Positions 25,759 through 34,256 of a stretch of 64,000 nt of DNA are shown in pieces (position 1 is the first letter of the stretch; every line of letters begins with the position of its first letter). The position numbers were made by a program, and so were the translations under genes. The DNA is from Dehalococcoidia bacterium. Its GTDB lineage: Bacteria > Chloroflexota > Dehalococcoidia > Bin125. The notes below the pieces were generated by a model. That model was not told the origin of the DNA and made no database searches. It saw only the letters and a program-made list of their open reading frames with translations. Location of the stretch: assembly GCA_963662615.2 (NCBI GenBank), contig CAXXSR010000001.1, positions 1,472,533 through 1,536,532 on the forward strand, in the 5' to 3' direction.

Positions 25759-26753
25759 ACCGCAACGCACTCCTCTACCCCGCCTCGCGGCTCCTCGGCC
25801 CGCCCGCTCGCTCCCTCCCCTACCCCGCTGCCTACGCCGCCAGCAACGTCTTCATGGACGCCGTCTACCTCGGCTGGCCCGCGGGCCGCACCGCCGTCCA
25901 GGCCAATCTCCGCCCCGTCCTCGCGACCCACGACTCCCAGCTCCTCCACTACTGGGCCCAGCGCCAGTTCCGACGCTACGGCGAGTACGTCGTCGACGCC
26001 TTGCGACTGGACCGGCTCTCGCCCCAGGACTGCTTCGATGCCCTGGAAACGGAGCCCGACGTCTGGCCCCGGTTGCGCGCGCTCTACGGGCGCCGGCCGG
26101 TCCTCTTCGCCCTTCTGCACTTTGGCAATTGGGACGTGGGCGGCGGCGCCTTCACCGCCGGCTGCGGCCGCTCCTCCGTCCTGATCGAGCCGCTGGGACA
26201 CCCGCGCCTGGACGACGCCATTCAGCGCGGCCGCGACCGCCTGGGCATGACCCCGCTCGACGTCACCGCGGGGCTGCGGCCCGCTCTCCGCGCCCTCCAC
26301 GCCGGCGCCACCATTGCCGTCCTGGTCGATCGCCCCCTGCGACCGCACGAGCCGGGCGTTGACCTCACCTTTTGCGGCCGGCCCTGCCGCCTGCCCACCG
26401 GCTTCGCCCGCCTCGCCCTCGCCACCGACGCCTGCGTCATCCCCCTCGCCGTCCACCGCCGCTCCAGCCGCCGCTTTCGCTTTCGCGCCCTCCTCGACCT
26501 CGACTTCACCTCCCCGCGCAGCGGCCGCCGTGACGACGATGTGCGCGCCCTGATGCAAGGCGTGTTGGACGTCCACGAGCGCTGGGTGCGCCGCCACCCC
26601 GACCAGTGGTACCAGTTCCGCCCATTCTTCACGGGCGCCCGGCGTGGCGCTGATCGTGCGACGGAGCTATCCGCTCCCGCTCACACCTCGACTGTCTCGA
26701 ACCTCGGCCCGGCCGGCACCGGCTCGCCGCTGGCTTCAAGGTCATCGAGGTAG
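25746..26753 (+). CDS. lysophospholipid/lipid A-type acyltransferase (HtrB/PatA-like)
   Basis: HFGNWD (HX4D) motif, ...TIAVLVDRP..., ...HPDQWYQF. The start is uncertain. Confidence 0.7.
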   Translation: MRVVNRNALLYPASRLLGPPARSLPYPAAYAASNVFMDAVYLGWPAGRTAVQANLRPVLATHDSQLLHYWAQRQFRRYGEYVVDALRLDRLSPQDCFDALETEPDVWPRLRALYGRRPVLFALLHFGNWDVGGGAFTAGCGRSSVLIEPLGHPRLDDAIQRGRDRLGMTPLDVTAGLRPALRALHAGATIAVLVDRPLRPHEPGVDLTFCGRPCRLPTGFARLALATDACVIPLAVHRRSSRRFRFRALLDLDFTSPRSGRRDDDVRALMQGVLDVHERWVRRHPDQWYQFRPFFTGARRGADRATELSAPAHTSTVSNLGPAGTGSPLASRSSR

Positions 26754-26893
26754 AGCCGGATCGCGTCCCCTGCATTGGCGAGCGCCTCCGTGAAATCGTC
26801 GCCCTCGGTGACACAGCCGGGCAACGCGGGGACGGAGACGGTGTAGCCGCCCTCATCCGCGTCAGCGTGGAGCAATACGGTGAAGCGCTTCAC
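26681..26893 (-). CDS. HicB-like / UPF0150 antitoxin-family protein
   Basis: MKRFTVLLHADADEGGYTVSVPALPGCVTEGDDFTEALANAGDAIRLYLD; GTG start. Confidence 0.65.
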   Translation of the reverse strand: MKRFTVLLHADADEGGYTVSVPALPGCVTEGDDFTEALANAGDAIRLYLDDLEASGEPVPAGPRFETVEV

Positions 26894-27134
26894 AGCCGTC
26901 GTCGAAACTCCTCCGCGGAGAGATCCGCCCGCTCGTCATACTCAAGCTCGGCCGTGCGCAGATCCGGTTCCCAATCCTCCTAATCGGCTTCAGCAGCCAG
27001 CAAATTGCCATGGCTGCGCGCACCGACAACGGCGAAACGGCGGCGACGGTGACGTATACCAAAGGAGCCAGAAAGGCAGTTTTCACTCTCGTGAGCATGG
27101 CGCCCCCACCCGTCTAGACCCCCAGGCGCCGACA

Positions 27135-27350
27135 TCAGAGATCCAGAAATTCGTCCACGCGAAGGCCTGCCTGTCTCACAATGGCTCGGACCGTGCCCTC
27201 CGGCAGTGCGCCGGGGTGGTTCGGAACCGTCGTCCGAACGCCCGTGTCCGGGTTCCGCCAGATCTCGTGGCTGCCCTTCGCTTGACGATCGAACACGAAG
27301 CCCGCCCGCCGCAGCTTTCAGATCACTTCCGCGGCTGTGAGGCCGGCCCA
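27135..27350 (-). pseudogene. HicA-family toxin gene with an in-frame TGA (27318-27320) and no usable start
   Basis: The minus-strand frame reads WAGLTAAEVI*KLRRAGFVFDRQAKGSHEIWRNPDTGVRTTVPNHPGALPEGTVRAIVRQAGLRVDEFLDL*. It is in the same frame as the upstream HicB and separated from it only by TAG. It is not in the ORF track because it has no Met. Confidence 0.6.
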
Positions 27351-27626
27351 CTAGGCAACGCTCACCGGTATGCGCAGCTCCGTTCCTGCCACGAGTTCCC
27401 CTCGGAGGGCACGAGGAAGCTCGTCCCCGTCTTCGACGAACGACTCGACCAACTTGCGGGCAACGTCCTGCGCGATCTCGAGCGTCTCCGCTACGGTCCT
27501 CCCTTGGGCCACCAGTCCTGGCAATTCCTCACTCGTCGCGAGGTAGCCGCCTTCCGGCAGTGCCTCGAGTCGGACGGCAACGAGCACTTCTTTCACTGTC
27601 GCACCTCCGGCACCCATAGCGGCCAC
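27351..27626 (-). CDS. HicB-family antitoxin
   Basis: VRLEALPEGGYLATSEELPGLVAQGRTVAETLEIAQDVARKLVES is UPF0150/HicB-like. Confidence 0.65.
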   Translation of the reverse strand: MAAMGAGGATVKEVLVAVRLEALPEGGYLATSEELPGLVAQGRTVAETLEIAQDVARKLVESFVEDGDELPRALRGELVAGTELRIPVSVA

Positions 27627-27706
27627 CGCTCAGTCGGCGATCGCAGGGTTCTCTGTGCCCGAGTCTAACCGGGCACGCTGATCGCCGGCAGCGCGCCGCC
27701 GCCCCC

Positions 27707-28681
27707 TTGTACCATCGTCCCGCCATGCTGATCGCCCTCTCCCTCTGGCTCCTCGACCGCCTGGCCGACTTCCTCCCACCCGCCTGGCTCTACCGCCTCG
27801 CCCGCTGCGCCGGCACCCTTCTGCTCCCCGTCTTCGAACGGCAGCGACAGACGGTGCGCTCCAACGTCCTCCGCCTGCACCCCGATTGGACCCCGCCCCA
27901 ACTGGACACCGCCGCCAAGCGCGTGTTCCAGGAGCGCGCCGCCTACTACGTCGACACCGTCCTCCTCCCGCGCCGCAGGCCGCAGGAGACCATGGAGAAA
28001 AACGTGACTGTAGAAGGCTTGGATCTCCTCCAGGACGCGGTCGCTGCCGGCCGCGGCGTGGTGCTCGCGGGCGCCCACTTGAGCAACTCAGAGGTGCCCT
28101 TCCAGACCCTCGCTGCCCTCGACATCGAAGCGGTAGCGCTCGTCGAGCCGATGCAGAGCAAGCGCCAGATGACCGGCATGCAGGCGCGCCGCGGCGCCGC
28201 CGGCATGCGCTTCGCCCCCGCCAACATGGACGGCATCCGCCGGGCCCTCACTCTGCTGCGTCGCGGCGGCGTCGTCGCCGTCCTCACCGACCGCGCCCTC
28301 CACGACAGCGGCATCTGCCTGCCCTTCGCCGGGCGCTTGGCCCGCTTCCCGACCGGCGCCGTTGACTTGGCCATGCGCACCGACGCCGCCCTCCTCATCG
28401 GCCTCGCCGTCCGCGAAGGCGACGACCATTTCCGCGTCCTCTTCCTCCCCACCGACCCCCTGATCCGCTCCGACGATCGCGCCCGCGACGTCCACTCCAA
28501 TCTCGCCAACCTGATCCAACGCATGGAGCCGTTCATCGTCCAGCACACCCAGCAGTGGCGCATGTTCGAATCACCCTGGAAGCCCTGCCACGACACCAGG
28601 TATCAGGACCTCAGCGGCCGCGCCCGCCCGCCGCCTTCCGCGCGGGCGGCGAGCGCGCGGAAGGCGACGGATCGTGTCTGA
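27707..28681 (+). CDS. second HtrB/PatA-like acyltransferase
   Basis: AGAHLSNSE (HX4E variant), ...VVAVLTDR..., ...HTQQWRMF. Paralogous architecture to 25746..26753. Confidence 0.65.
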   Translation: MYHRPAMLIALSLWLLDRLADFLPPAWLYRLARCAGTLLLPVFERQRQTVRSNVLRLHPDWTPPQLDTAAKRVFQERAAYYVDTVLLPRRRPQETMEKNVTVEGLDLLQDAVAAGRGVVLAGAHLSNSEVPFQTLAALDIEAVALVEPMQSKRQMTGMQARRGAAGMRFAPANMDGIRRALTLLRRGGVVAVLTDRALHDSGICLPFAGRLARFPTGAVDLAMRTDAALLIGLAVREGDDHFRVLFLPTDPLIRSDDRARDVHSNLANLIQRMEPFIVQHTQQWRMFESPWKPCHDTRYQDLSGRARPPPSARAASARKATDRV

Positions 28682-29501
28682 GGACCGCGGACGCCTGGCG
28701 CGCCCCCGCACCGCCGGAATCCTGGGCACGGCGGACCTCCAGGTCCATACCGCCCTCAGCGACGGCATGGCCTCGCCCGCGCAGGTGGTCGCCTGGGCCG
28801 ACGCGCACACCGACCTCGACCTCCTTGCCGTCACCGATCACGATGACCTGCGCGGGGCCCTGGAGGCCCAAGAGGCTGCCGCTCGCATGGGCGCGCGCCT
28901 GCAGGTGGTGCTAGGGATGGAGGTGACCACCCTGCGCGGCCATCTGCTGGCGCTGTTCCTGGAGCGGCCCGTGCCGTCGTTCCGCTCCCTTGCCTACACC
29001 ATCAACGCCGTCCATGCTCAGGGCGGAGTGTGCGTGATCCCCCACCCCTTGAGCCCGCTCACCGCCAGCATCGGCGCACGGTCGATCGACCGGCTGCAGG
29101 CAGCAGCGAGCACCACCACACCGCCGCGCCCCGCCTTCGACGGGATCGAGCTGGCCAACCCCACCCCAGCCGCCCGCCTGCGTCAGACCACCGCGCGCCG
29201 CCTCAACCGTGACCGTTGGCGCCTGCCCGAGACGGGCGGCAGCGACGCCCATTTCCCCGAAGCGATCGCCTCCGCCGTCACCCGCTTCCCCGGACGAAGC
29301 GCCGCCGACTTCCGCGCCGCGCTCGCCGCGGGTCTGACCGTCGCCGAGAGCCGGAGTGCGCCGGGGCTCCGCCAGATCGGCCTGCGGCGCTTGGCCTGGC
29401 AGCAGCTGCGCGGCCTCACCGCCACCCCGCGAGCCGCGTACCGGCAGGTGCGCCCTGACCGACTCCCTCCGCGCTCCGACACAGCGGGGAGATCGCCGTG
29501 A
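28674..29501 (+). CDS. PHP-domain metal-dependent phosphoesterase
   Basis: DLQVHTALSDG, AVTDHDD, GMEVTT, IPHP and GGSDAH motifs. The GTG start overlaps the previous stop by 8 nt. Confidence 0.7.
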   Translation: MSEDRGRLARPRTAGILGTADLQVHTALSDGMASPAQVVAWADAHTDLDLLAVTDHDDLRGALEAQEAAARMGARLQVVLGMEVTTLRGHLLALFLERPVPSFRSLAYTINAVHAQGGVCVIPHPLSPLTASIGARSIDRLQAAASTTTPPRPAFDGIELANPTPAARLRQTTARRLNRDRWRLPETGGSDAHFPEAIASAVTRFPGRSAADFRAALAAGLTVAESRSAPGLRQIGLRRLAWQQLRGLTATPRAAYRQVRPDRLPPRSDTAGRSP

Positions 29502-29589
29502 CCGGCGGTTGCCGACCACCTCGCGGCCGCCGTTCCGCTACTTCGAACGCCGTCTACCGCCGCACCCCCGGCGGAACGGAGCACAAGAA

Positions 29590-30741
29590 ATGAAGATCGC
29601 GGTCGTGTCGCCGTACGACTTCTCGATCCCCGGTGGCGTCAACTCCTACGCGCTCTCCTTGGCGCGTTGGCAGCGACGGCAGGGCCACGACGTGCGGGTG
29701 ATCGGACCCGCCTCATCCCGCAACGGCCTCACCCCCCCCGACGTCACCGTCGTGGGGCGGCCGCTGCCGGTGCCCGCGGGTGGCACCGTGGCGACCATCG
29801 CCATGTCGCCCCTCGTGCCGCGGGCGCTCCGCTCGCTCTTGGAGGAGGAGCAGTTCGACATCGTCCACCTGCATGAGCCCCTGATGCCGCTCCTCCCCCT
29901 GCACGCGCTCCGCGTCTCAACCGCGCTGCGCGTCGGCACCTTTCACACCGCGGAGCCGCTGGGCCGGCGCCTCTACCGGCTCGCGGGGCCTGCCTTGGCG
30001 CGCTGGGCCACCCGCTTGCACGCCCACACGGCCATCTCCGCGACGGCGCGGGACGTGGCCGCCCCGTTCATCCGCGGCCCCTGCGAGATCATCCCCGGCT
30101 GCATTGACATTGACCGCTTCGCCCGGCCCGCGCCGCCACTGCCGGCCCTGCTCGACGGCCGCCGCAACATCCTCTTCGTGGGCCGCATTGAGCCCCGCAA
30201 GGGCCTGGCCGTCCTCCTCCAGGCGTACGGGCGCGTCCGCGCCTCCCACCACGACACCCGCCTGGTGGTCGTGGGACCCAAGGGGTGGCTCGGCTGTCGC
30301 TTGGAGCGTCGGGTCCGGGCCCTGGCCTGGGACGACGTCGTCTTCACCGGCGCCGTTGCGGCTGCCGACCTGCCGCGCTACTACCAGGCCGCCAGCGTCT
30401 TCTGTGCGCCCGCCGGCGGCGGCGAAGCGTTCGGGATCGTCCTGGCGGAAGCGATGGCGGCCGGCGTCCCCATCGTCGCCAGCGAGATCCCGGGCTATCG
30501 CCACGTCATCCAGTCGCAGCGCCAGGGCCTCATGCCCCCTCCCCATGACCCCGCCCGCCTTGCCGACGCCATCGAGCGGCTTCTCGACGATGCCCCCTTG
30601 CGCGCCGACCTGCGCGCCCGCGGGCGCGAGCGCGTCCGCAGCTTCAGCGTCGAATCAGTAGGGCAACGCATGCTGGACCTGTATGATCGGCGCTTGAGCG
30701 AGCAGAGATCTCAGCCGACAGCCATGGCGGGCCGGCCCTAG
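29590..30741 (+). CDS. GT4 glycosyltransferase, PimA-like (phosphatidylinositol mannosyltransferase candidate)
   Basis: MKIAVVSPYDFSIPGGVNSY...GRIEPRKG...GGEAFGIVLAEAMAAGVPIVAS. The true start lies inside ORF 29356..30741. Confidence 0.7.
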   Translation: MKIAVVSPYDFSIPGGVNSYALSLARWQRRQGHDVRVIGPASSRNGLTPPDVTVVGRPLPVPAGGTVATIAMSPLVPRALRSLLEEEQFDIVHLHEPLMPLLPLHALRVSTALRVGTFHTAEPLGRRLYRLAGPALARWATRLHAHTAISATARDVAAPFIRGPCEIIPGCIDIDRFARPAPPLPALLDGRRNILFVGRIEPRKGLAVLLQAYGRVRASHHDTRLVVVGPKGWLGCRLERRVRALAWDDVVFTGAVAAADLPRYYQAASVFCAPAGGGEAFGIVLAEAMAAGVPIVASEIPGYRHVIQSQRQGLMPPPHDPARLADAIERLLDDAPLRADLRARGRERVRSFSVESVGQRMLDLYDRRLSEQRSQPTAMAGRP

Positions 30742-30794
30742 CTCGCCGGCCCGCGCGCGCCGTCCCACCCGGAACCGCCGGAGAGGCCCTGTCC

Positions 30795-31430
30795 GTGTCG
30801 CTGCTCCCCCACGGCCTGCCGGACGATTTCACCCGCCGCTTGGGCGAAACCGTCGCCCGCAGCCGGCTCTCCCCCAATGCGCTCACGGCGCTCGGCTTGG
30901 GCACCGCCGCCGCCGCGGCCACCCTCGCGGCCCACGGCCGCTTCTGGGAGGCGGGGCTCGTCATGCTCACCGCCGCCGCCTTCGACGTCCTCGACGGCGC
31001 CGTCGCCCTCGCCACCAACAAGGCCTCGCAGTTCGGCGCCATCTTCGACGCCATCGCCGACCGCCTCAGCGAATTCGCGATGCTCCTCGCGCTTTTGGTC
31101 TGGTTCAGCGCCCCCGAGCGGGCGGACCGGGAGGCGATCATCCTCATTGCCGTGACGATCGCCGGCTCCATGCTCGTGCCCTACACCCGCTCCAAGGCGG
31201 GCGAGTTCGGCGTCCATATCCGGCACGGGCTGGGCACCCGTTTTGAACGGGTTGTGATCCTGGCCATCGGGCTCTTCGCCGATCAGGTGGTTGCCGTCTT
31301 GTGGATCCTCGCCCTCCTCACCAATCTCACCGCCTTGCAACGCCTGGCCGTGACCTGGTGGGCCCTCCGCACCGCTCCGCCTGACAACGCCGACGACCAG
31401 CTGCTCTCGGACCTGCACTCGGACGACTAG
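30795..31430 (+). CDS. CDP-alcohol phosphatidyltransferase (PI/PIP synthase-like)
   Basis: FDVLDGAVALATNKASQFGAIFDAIADR matches DG(x)2AR...G(x)3D(x)3D. The protein is multi-TM. GTG start with a GGAGAGG RBS. Confidence 0.75.
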   Translation: MSLLPHGLPDDFTRRLGETVARSRLSPNALTALGLGTAAAAATLAAHGRFWEAGLVMLTAAAFDVLDGAVALATNKASQFGAIFDAIADRLSEFAMLLALLVWFSAPERADREAIILIAVTIAGSMLVPYTRSKAGEFGVHIRHGLGTRFERVVILAIGLFADQVVAVLWILALLTNLTALQRLAVTWWALRTAPPDNADDQLLSDLHSDD

Positions 31431-31577
31431 ACCCGCCGCCGACTCTGCTCCGCCCCGGGCGCACCCTGGCCTCCGACAGCAGCCGCCGGCAGCGGCCGCC
31501 CTTTCCGGCCGTCGGAGCGGCAGCTACAGTCCAAGCGCGGCGCGGACCCCTTCGTCCGCCGCGCGCGGGAGGCACGC

Positions 31578-32417
31578 GTGGTCATCGCCAGACGGGACCT
31601 GACGGCCATCCGCCGGGCCTTCGACCAGCTCTCCGGGCCGGTGAAGATCGATTACTTCCACCAATCGGAGACGGGCCTGGTCATCCCCGGGCGTCGGGCC
31701 TGCCCTACCTGCAAAGAGGCCAAGGCGACGCTGGAGCAGATCGCGGCCCTCTCCGACGCCATCGAACTTCGCGTTTACGAATTTGCCGACGAGCAGGACG
31801 TGGCCAAGAAACGGGGCGTGGAGCACGTGCCCGGCATCGTCGTGCGAGGCGAAGTGAACCGCCCCCTGCGCCTGTACGGCATGCCCGGCGGCGTCTTCCT
31901 CCCGCTGCTGGTCCAAACGATTGTGGACGCCGCCGGCAAACCGCCGCAGCCGCCCGTGGACGTGGCGCGACCGCTCAAGAAGCTCCGCGCGCGCGCCCAC
32001 CTGCACGTCTTCGGGTCGCTCGCCCAACCGCCCTCAGCGGAGGCGGCGCGCACGGCCTACGGCGTCGCCCTCGTCTCCTCCAAGGTGCAGGTGACGGTCT
32101 ACGTGATCGAGGAGTTCGCCGAGCTGGCCCGCCGGCAGGGCGTCGAGCGCATCCCCGCCACCTTCGTGAACGACCGGGCCGCGTTTGCCGGCGTCGCGAC
32201 CGCCGCCACGCTCGTGGGCTTGATTCGCGACCTTCAGGCGCACCCCCGGCAGGTGCGGCTGGCCGCTCCGCCGGTGGCGCCGGGCTCCTCTCAGCCCTGG
32301 TCTCCCCCGCGCCAGGAGACCACGCCGGGGGCGGCGCAGGCGGGCGCCGGGCCCGGGCCACCCCAGGCCGGGGGCGGGCGTCGCACGCCGGGCGGCCTTA
32401 TCATCCCCGAGCGCTAA
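31578..32417 (+). CDS. thioredoxin-fold protein (glutaredoxin-like/PDO-like, one CPTC site)
   Basis: GRRACPTCKEAK...VEHVPGIVV, then a second thioredoxin-like half lacking CxxC. GGGAGG RBS. Confidence 0.5.
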   Translation: MVIARRDLTAIRRAFDQLSGPVKIDYFHQSETGLVIPGRRACPTCKEAKATLEQIAALSDAIELRVYEFADEQDVAKKRGVEHVPGIVVRGEVNRPLRLYGMPGGVFLPLLVQTIVDAAGKPPQPPVDVARPLKKLRARAHLHVFGSLAQPPSAEAARTAYGVALVSSKVQVTVYVIEEFAELARRQGVERIPATFVNDRAAFAGVATAATLVGLIRDLQAHPRQVRLAAPPVAPGSSQPWSPPRQETTPGAAQAGAGPGPPQAGGGRRTPGGLIIPER

Positions 32418-32451
32418 GAGCGGACCAGAATCAATGGGGGCGTCAAACGGT

Positions 32452-34239
32452 CTAGCGGTCGGCCTCGTCTGATTCGCGGCCGCGCCATCCTGCCCAGGTA
32501 TCGCCCTCGCTATCGCCGGCCTCTTCGGACGCTGGCGGCTCCGCTGCAACGTGCGGTTCGGCCGCCCCTGGCGCCGCGGGCGGCGGCGGCGTGGCAGCCG
32601 GGGTGACAGCCGGCTCCGACGTTGACAGCTCGACGGCGGGTGGCGAATCCGGCGGCGCCCACTCTCTGTCGCGCGGAGGCGCGGCCTCCTCGGGCCCCGC
32701 CTCCACCGCGGCCGGCTGAGCCGGACGCCCGCCCAGCATCAGCCAGAACAGCGCCACGCTGAGCAGCAGCATCCCCCCGCCCAGGCCGGTCGCGACCTCA
32801 TCCCAGGGGAAGTCGGCGCCGCCGCCGAACGATGGAGCCGCCCGGCGGCTCGCCCGCCGACGCTCGATCTCCGCCCGCCGCGCCTCGATCTGCTCATCGC
32901 TACGCGCCGCCGCTGTGGCCGTTTCCTCCTCGGCCGGTGTGCCGGCTTCATCCTCAACCGGCGCTGCGGCCTCATCCTCGGCCGGCGCTGTGGCGGGCGT
33001 CGCCGGCTCCTCGGCGGTCTCGGTATCACCACCGGGCCGGACGCCGCTCTCGTCGTCCTCAATCCGCGTCGAACGGTCCTCGCCCCGCACGCGCGCCTCC
33101 AGCCCCAGGCTCTGGCGGTAGCGGTCGTCAAGCCCGTCCCGGTCGAACCCGTAGACGCTCTGCAGCGCGTTGTCCACGGTGCTGCCGCGCTTGAACACCG
33201 CGAACAGCTCTGCAAGTTGCTCCTCACCGAACTGGTCGATGAGGAAAGTCACCAGGTCCGCCGACTGGCCGTAGAACAGGTCGACCTCCCCGGGCTCGTT
33301 CGATGTCGAGCCCATGCTGCGCACGCTCAAGAGCAAGTCGTTCTCAACGGCGAAGTCCACGGGCCGGCCGCGCCGGCTGCGCCAATCGCCCTCGGCGTAC
33401 GTGGCGACGCCCTCGTTGAGCCAGGCCGGAATGCTGCCCAGCCCGCCCTCCCCGGCGATTTTCGTCAGCACATGGGTGAGTTCGTGTTGCACGATCCAGC
33501 GCGTCGGCGCAAAGACGTGGAGCAGATCGGCCAGGACACGCGTCCCGCCCGTCAGCACCTGCTCATCGAACGTCTCACTCTGCACGTTCTCGACACCGCG
33601 CGCATCGCCGGGGTTCGACCACACGTAGACGCGCACGGGAATGTCAAGCTCAACCTGGAGCAGTTCGCTGATCCGCGCCATCGCCTCGTTGCCGGCCCCA
33701 AGGAGCTGGAGCGCGGTGCTCTCGTCTTGGTAGTAGAAGACGGAAAGATTGCCCTCTCGGACCTCTCGCCAGTCGTGCGGATCCTCATAGCGGTAAAGCT
33801 GGAGATCCGTCTCCTCCACGCCGCCATCGACAGCCGTCAGCTCCCAGTACCACTCGATCTCGGCTCCCGCCGGGATCCAGATCCGATCGCGATTGGTCGG
33901 CACCGACGCCGTCACGCGCGTGACGTCCCCCCGCGCGATCTCGGCCGGCCGCCGCGTCAGCGCCCCCTCCGGCAGCACGGTGTAGAAAAGGATCGCCTCG
34001 CTGAGCGCGTCGCCGTTGTCAACCAGGGCGCTGAAGTCCAGTTCGCGGGGCCACTCATTGACGATCTGGGTCTCAACGATGCTGGGGCCCTGCTGGGCGG
34101 AGGCCGCCGTCATCAGTAGCGCCGACAGGGCCAGAGCCGCCAGCACTATGATCGCCAGCGGAAACAGCGCCAGCGGCAGCAGCGCACGCCTGCGATTTGT
34201 CGGCGAACGGACGCCCACGGCCTCGATTCCCTCGCCCAC
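32452..34239 (-). CDS. membrane-associated peptidase MA-like zinc metalloprotease
   Basis: N-terminal TM, WIVQHELTHV ... WLNEGVATYAE (HExxH plus E), an acidic low-complexity region, a second TM and a Pro-rich tail. Confidence 0.6.
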   Translation of the reverse strand: MGEGIEAVGVRSPTNRRRALLPLALFPLAIIVLAALALSALLMTAASAQQGPSIVETQIVNEWPRELDFSALVDNGDALSEAILFYTVLPEGALTRRPAEIARGDVTRVTASVPTNRDRIWIPAGAEIEWYWELTAVDGGVEETDLQLYRYEDPHDWREVREGNLSVFYYQDESTALQLLGAGNEAMARISELLQVELDIPVRVYVWSNPGDARGVENVQSETFDEQVLTGGTRVLADLLHVFAPTRWIVQHELTHVLTKIAGEGGLGSIPAWLNEGVATYAEGDWRSRRGRPVDFAVENDLLLSVRSMGSTSNEPGEVDLFYGQSADLVTFLIDQFGEEQLAELFAVFKRGSTVDNALQSVYGFDRDGLDDRYRQSLGLEARVRGEDRSTRIEDDESGVRPGGDTETAEEPATPATAPAEDEAAAPVEDEAGTPAEEETATAAARSDEQIEARRAEIERRRASRRAAPSFGGGADFPWDEVATGLGGGMLLLSVALFWLMLGGRPAQPAAVEAGPEEAAPPRDREWAPPDSPPAVELSTSEPAVTPAATPPPPAAPGAAEPHVAAEPPASEEAGDSEGDTWAGWRGRESDEADR

Positions 34240-34256
34240 GCCCCGCAGGCACCGGC

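Noticed and set aside
26894-27134. A HicA partner immediately upstream of the solitary HicB-like gene (for example ...RRFAVVGARSHGNLLAAEAD*EDWEPDLRTAELEYDERADLSAEEFRRRL* on the minus strand, GTGA-coupled to hicB) or the 78-aa ORF 26862..27098
   Set aside because: The resemblance to HicA is weak, an in-frame TAG interrupts it and there is no start codon. The 78-aa ORF has only moderate codon bias and no motif. At most this is a highly decayed remnant.
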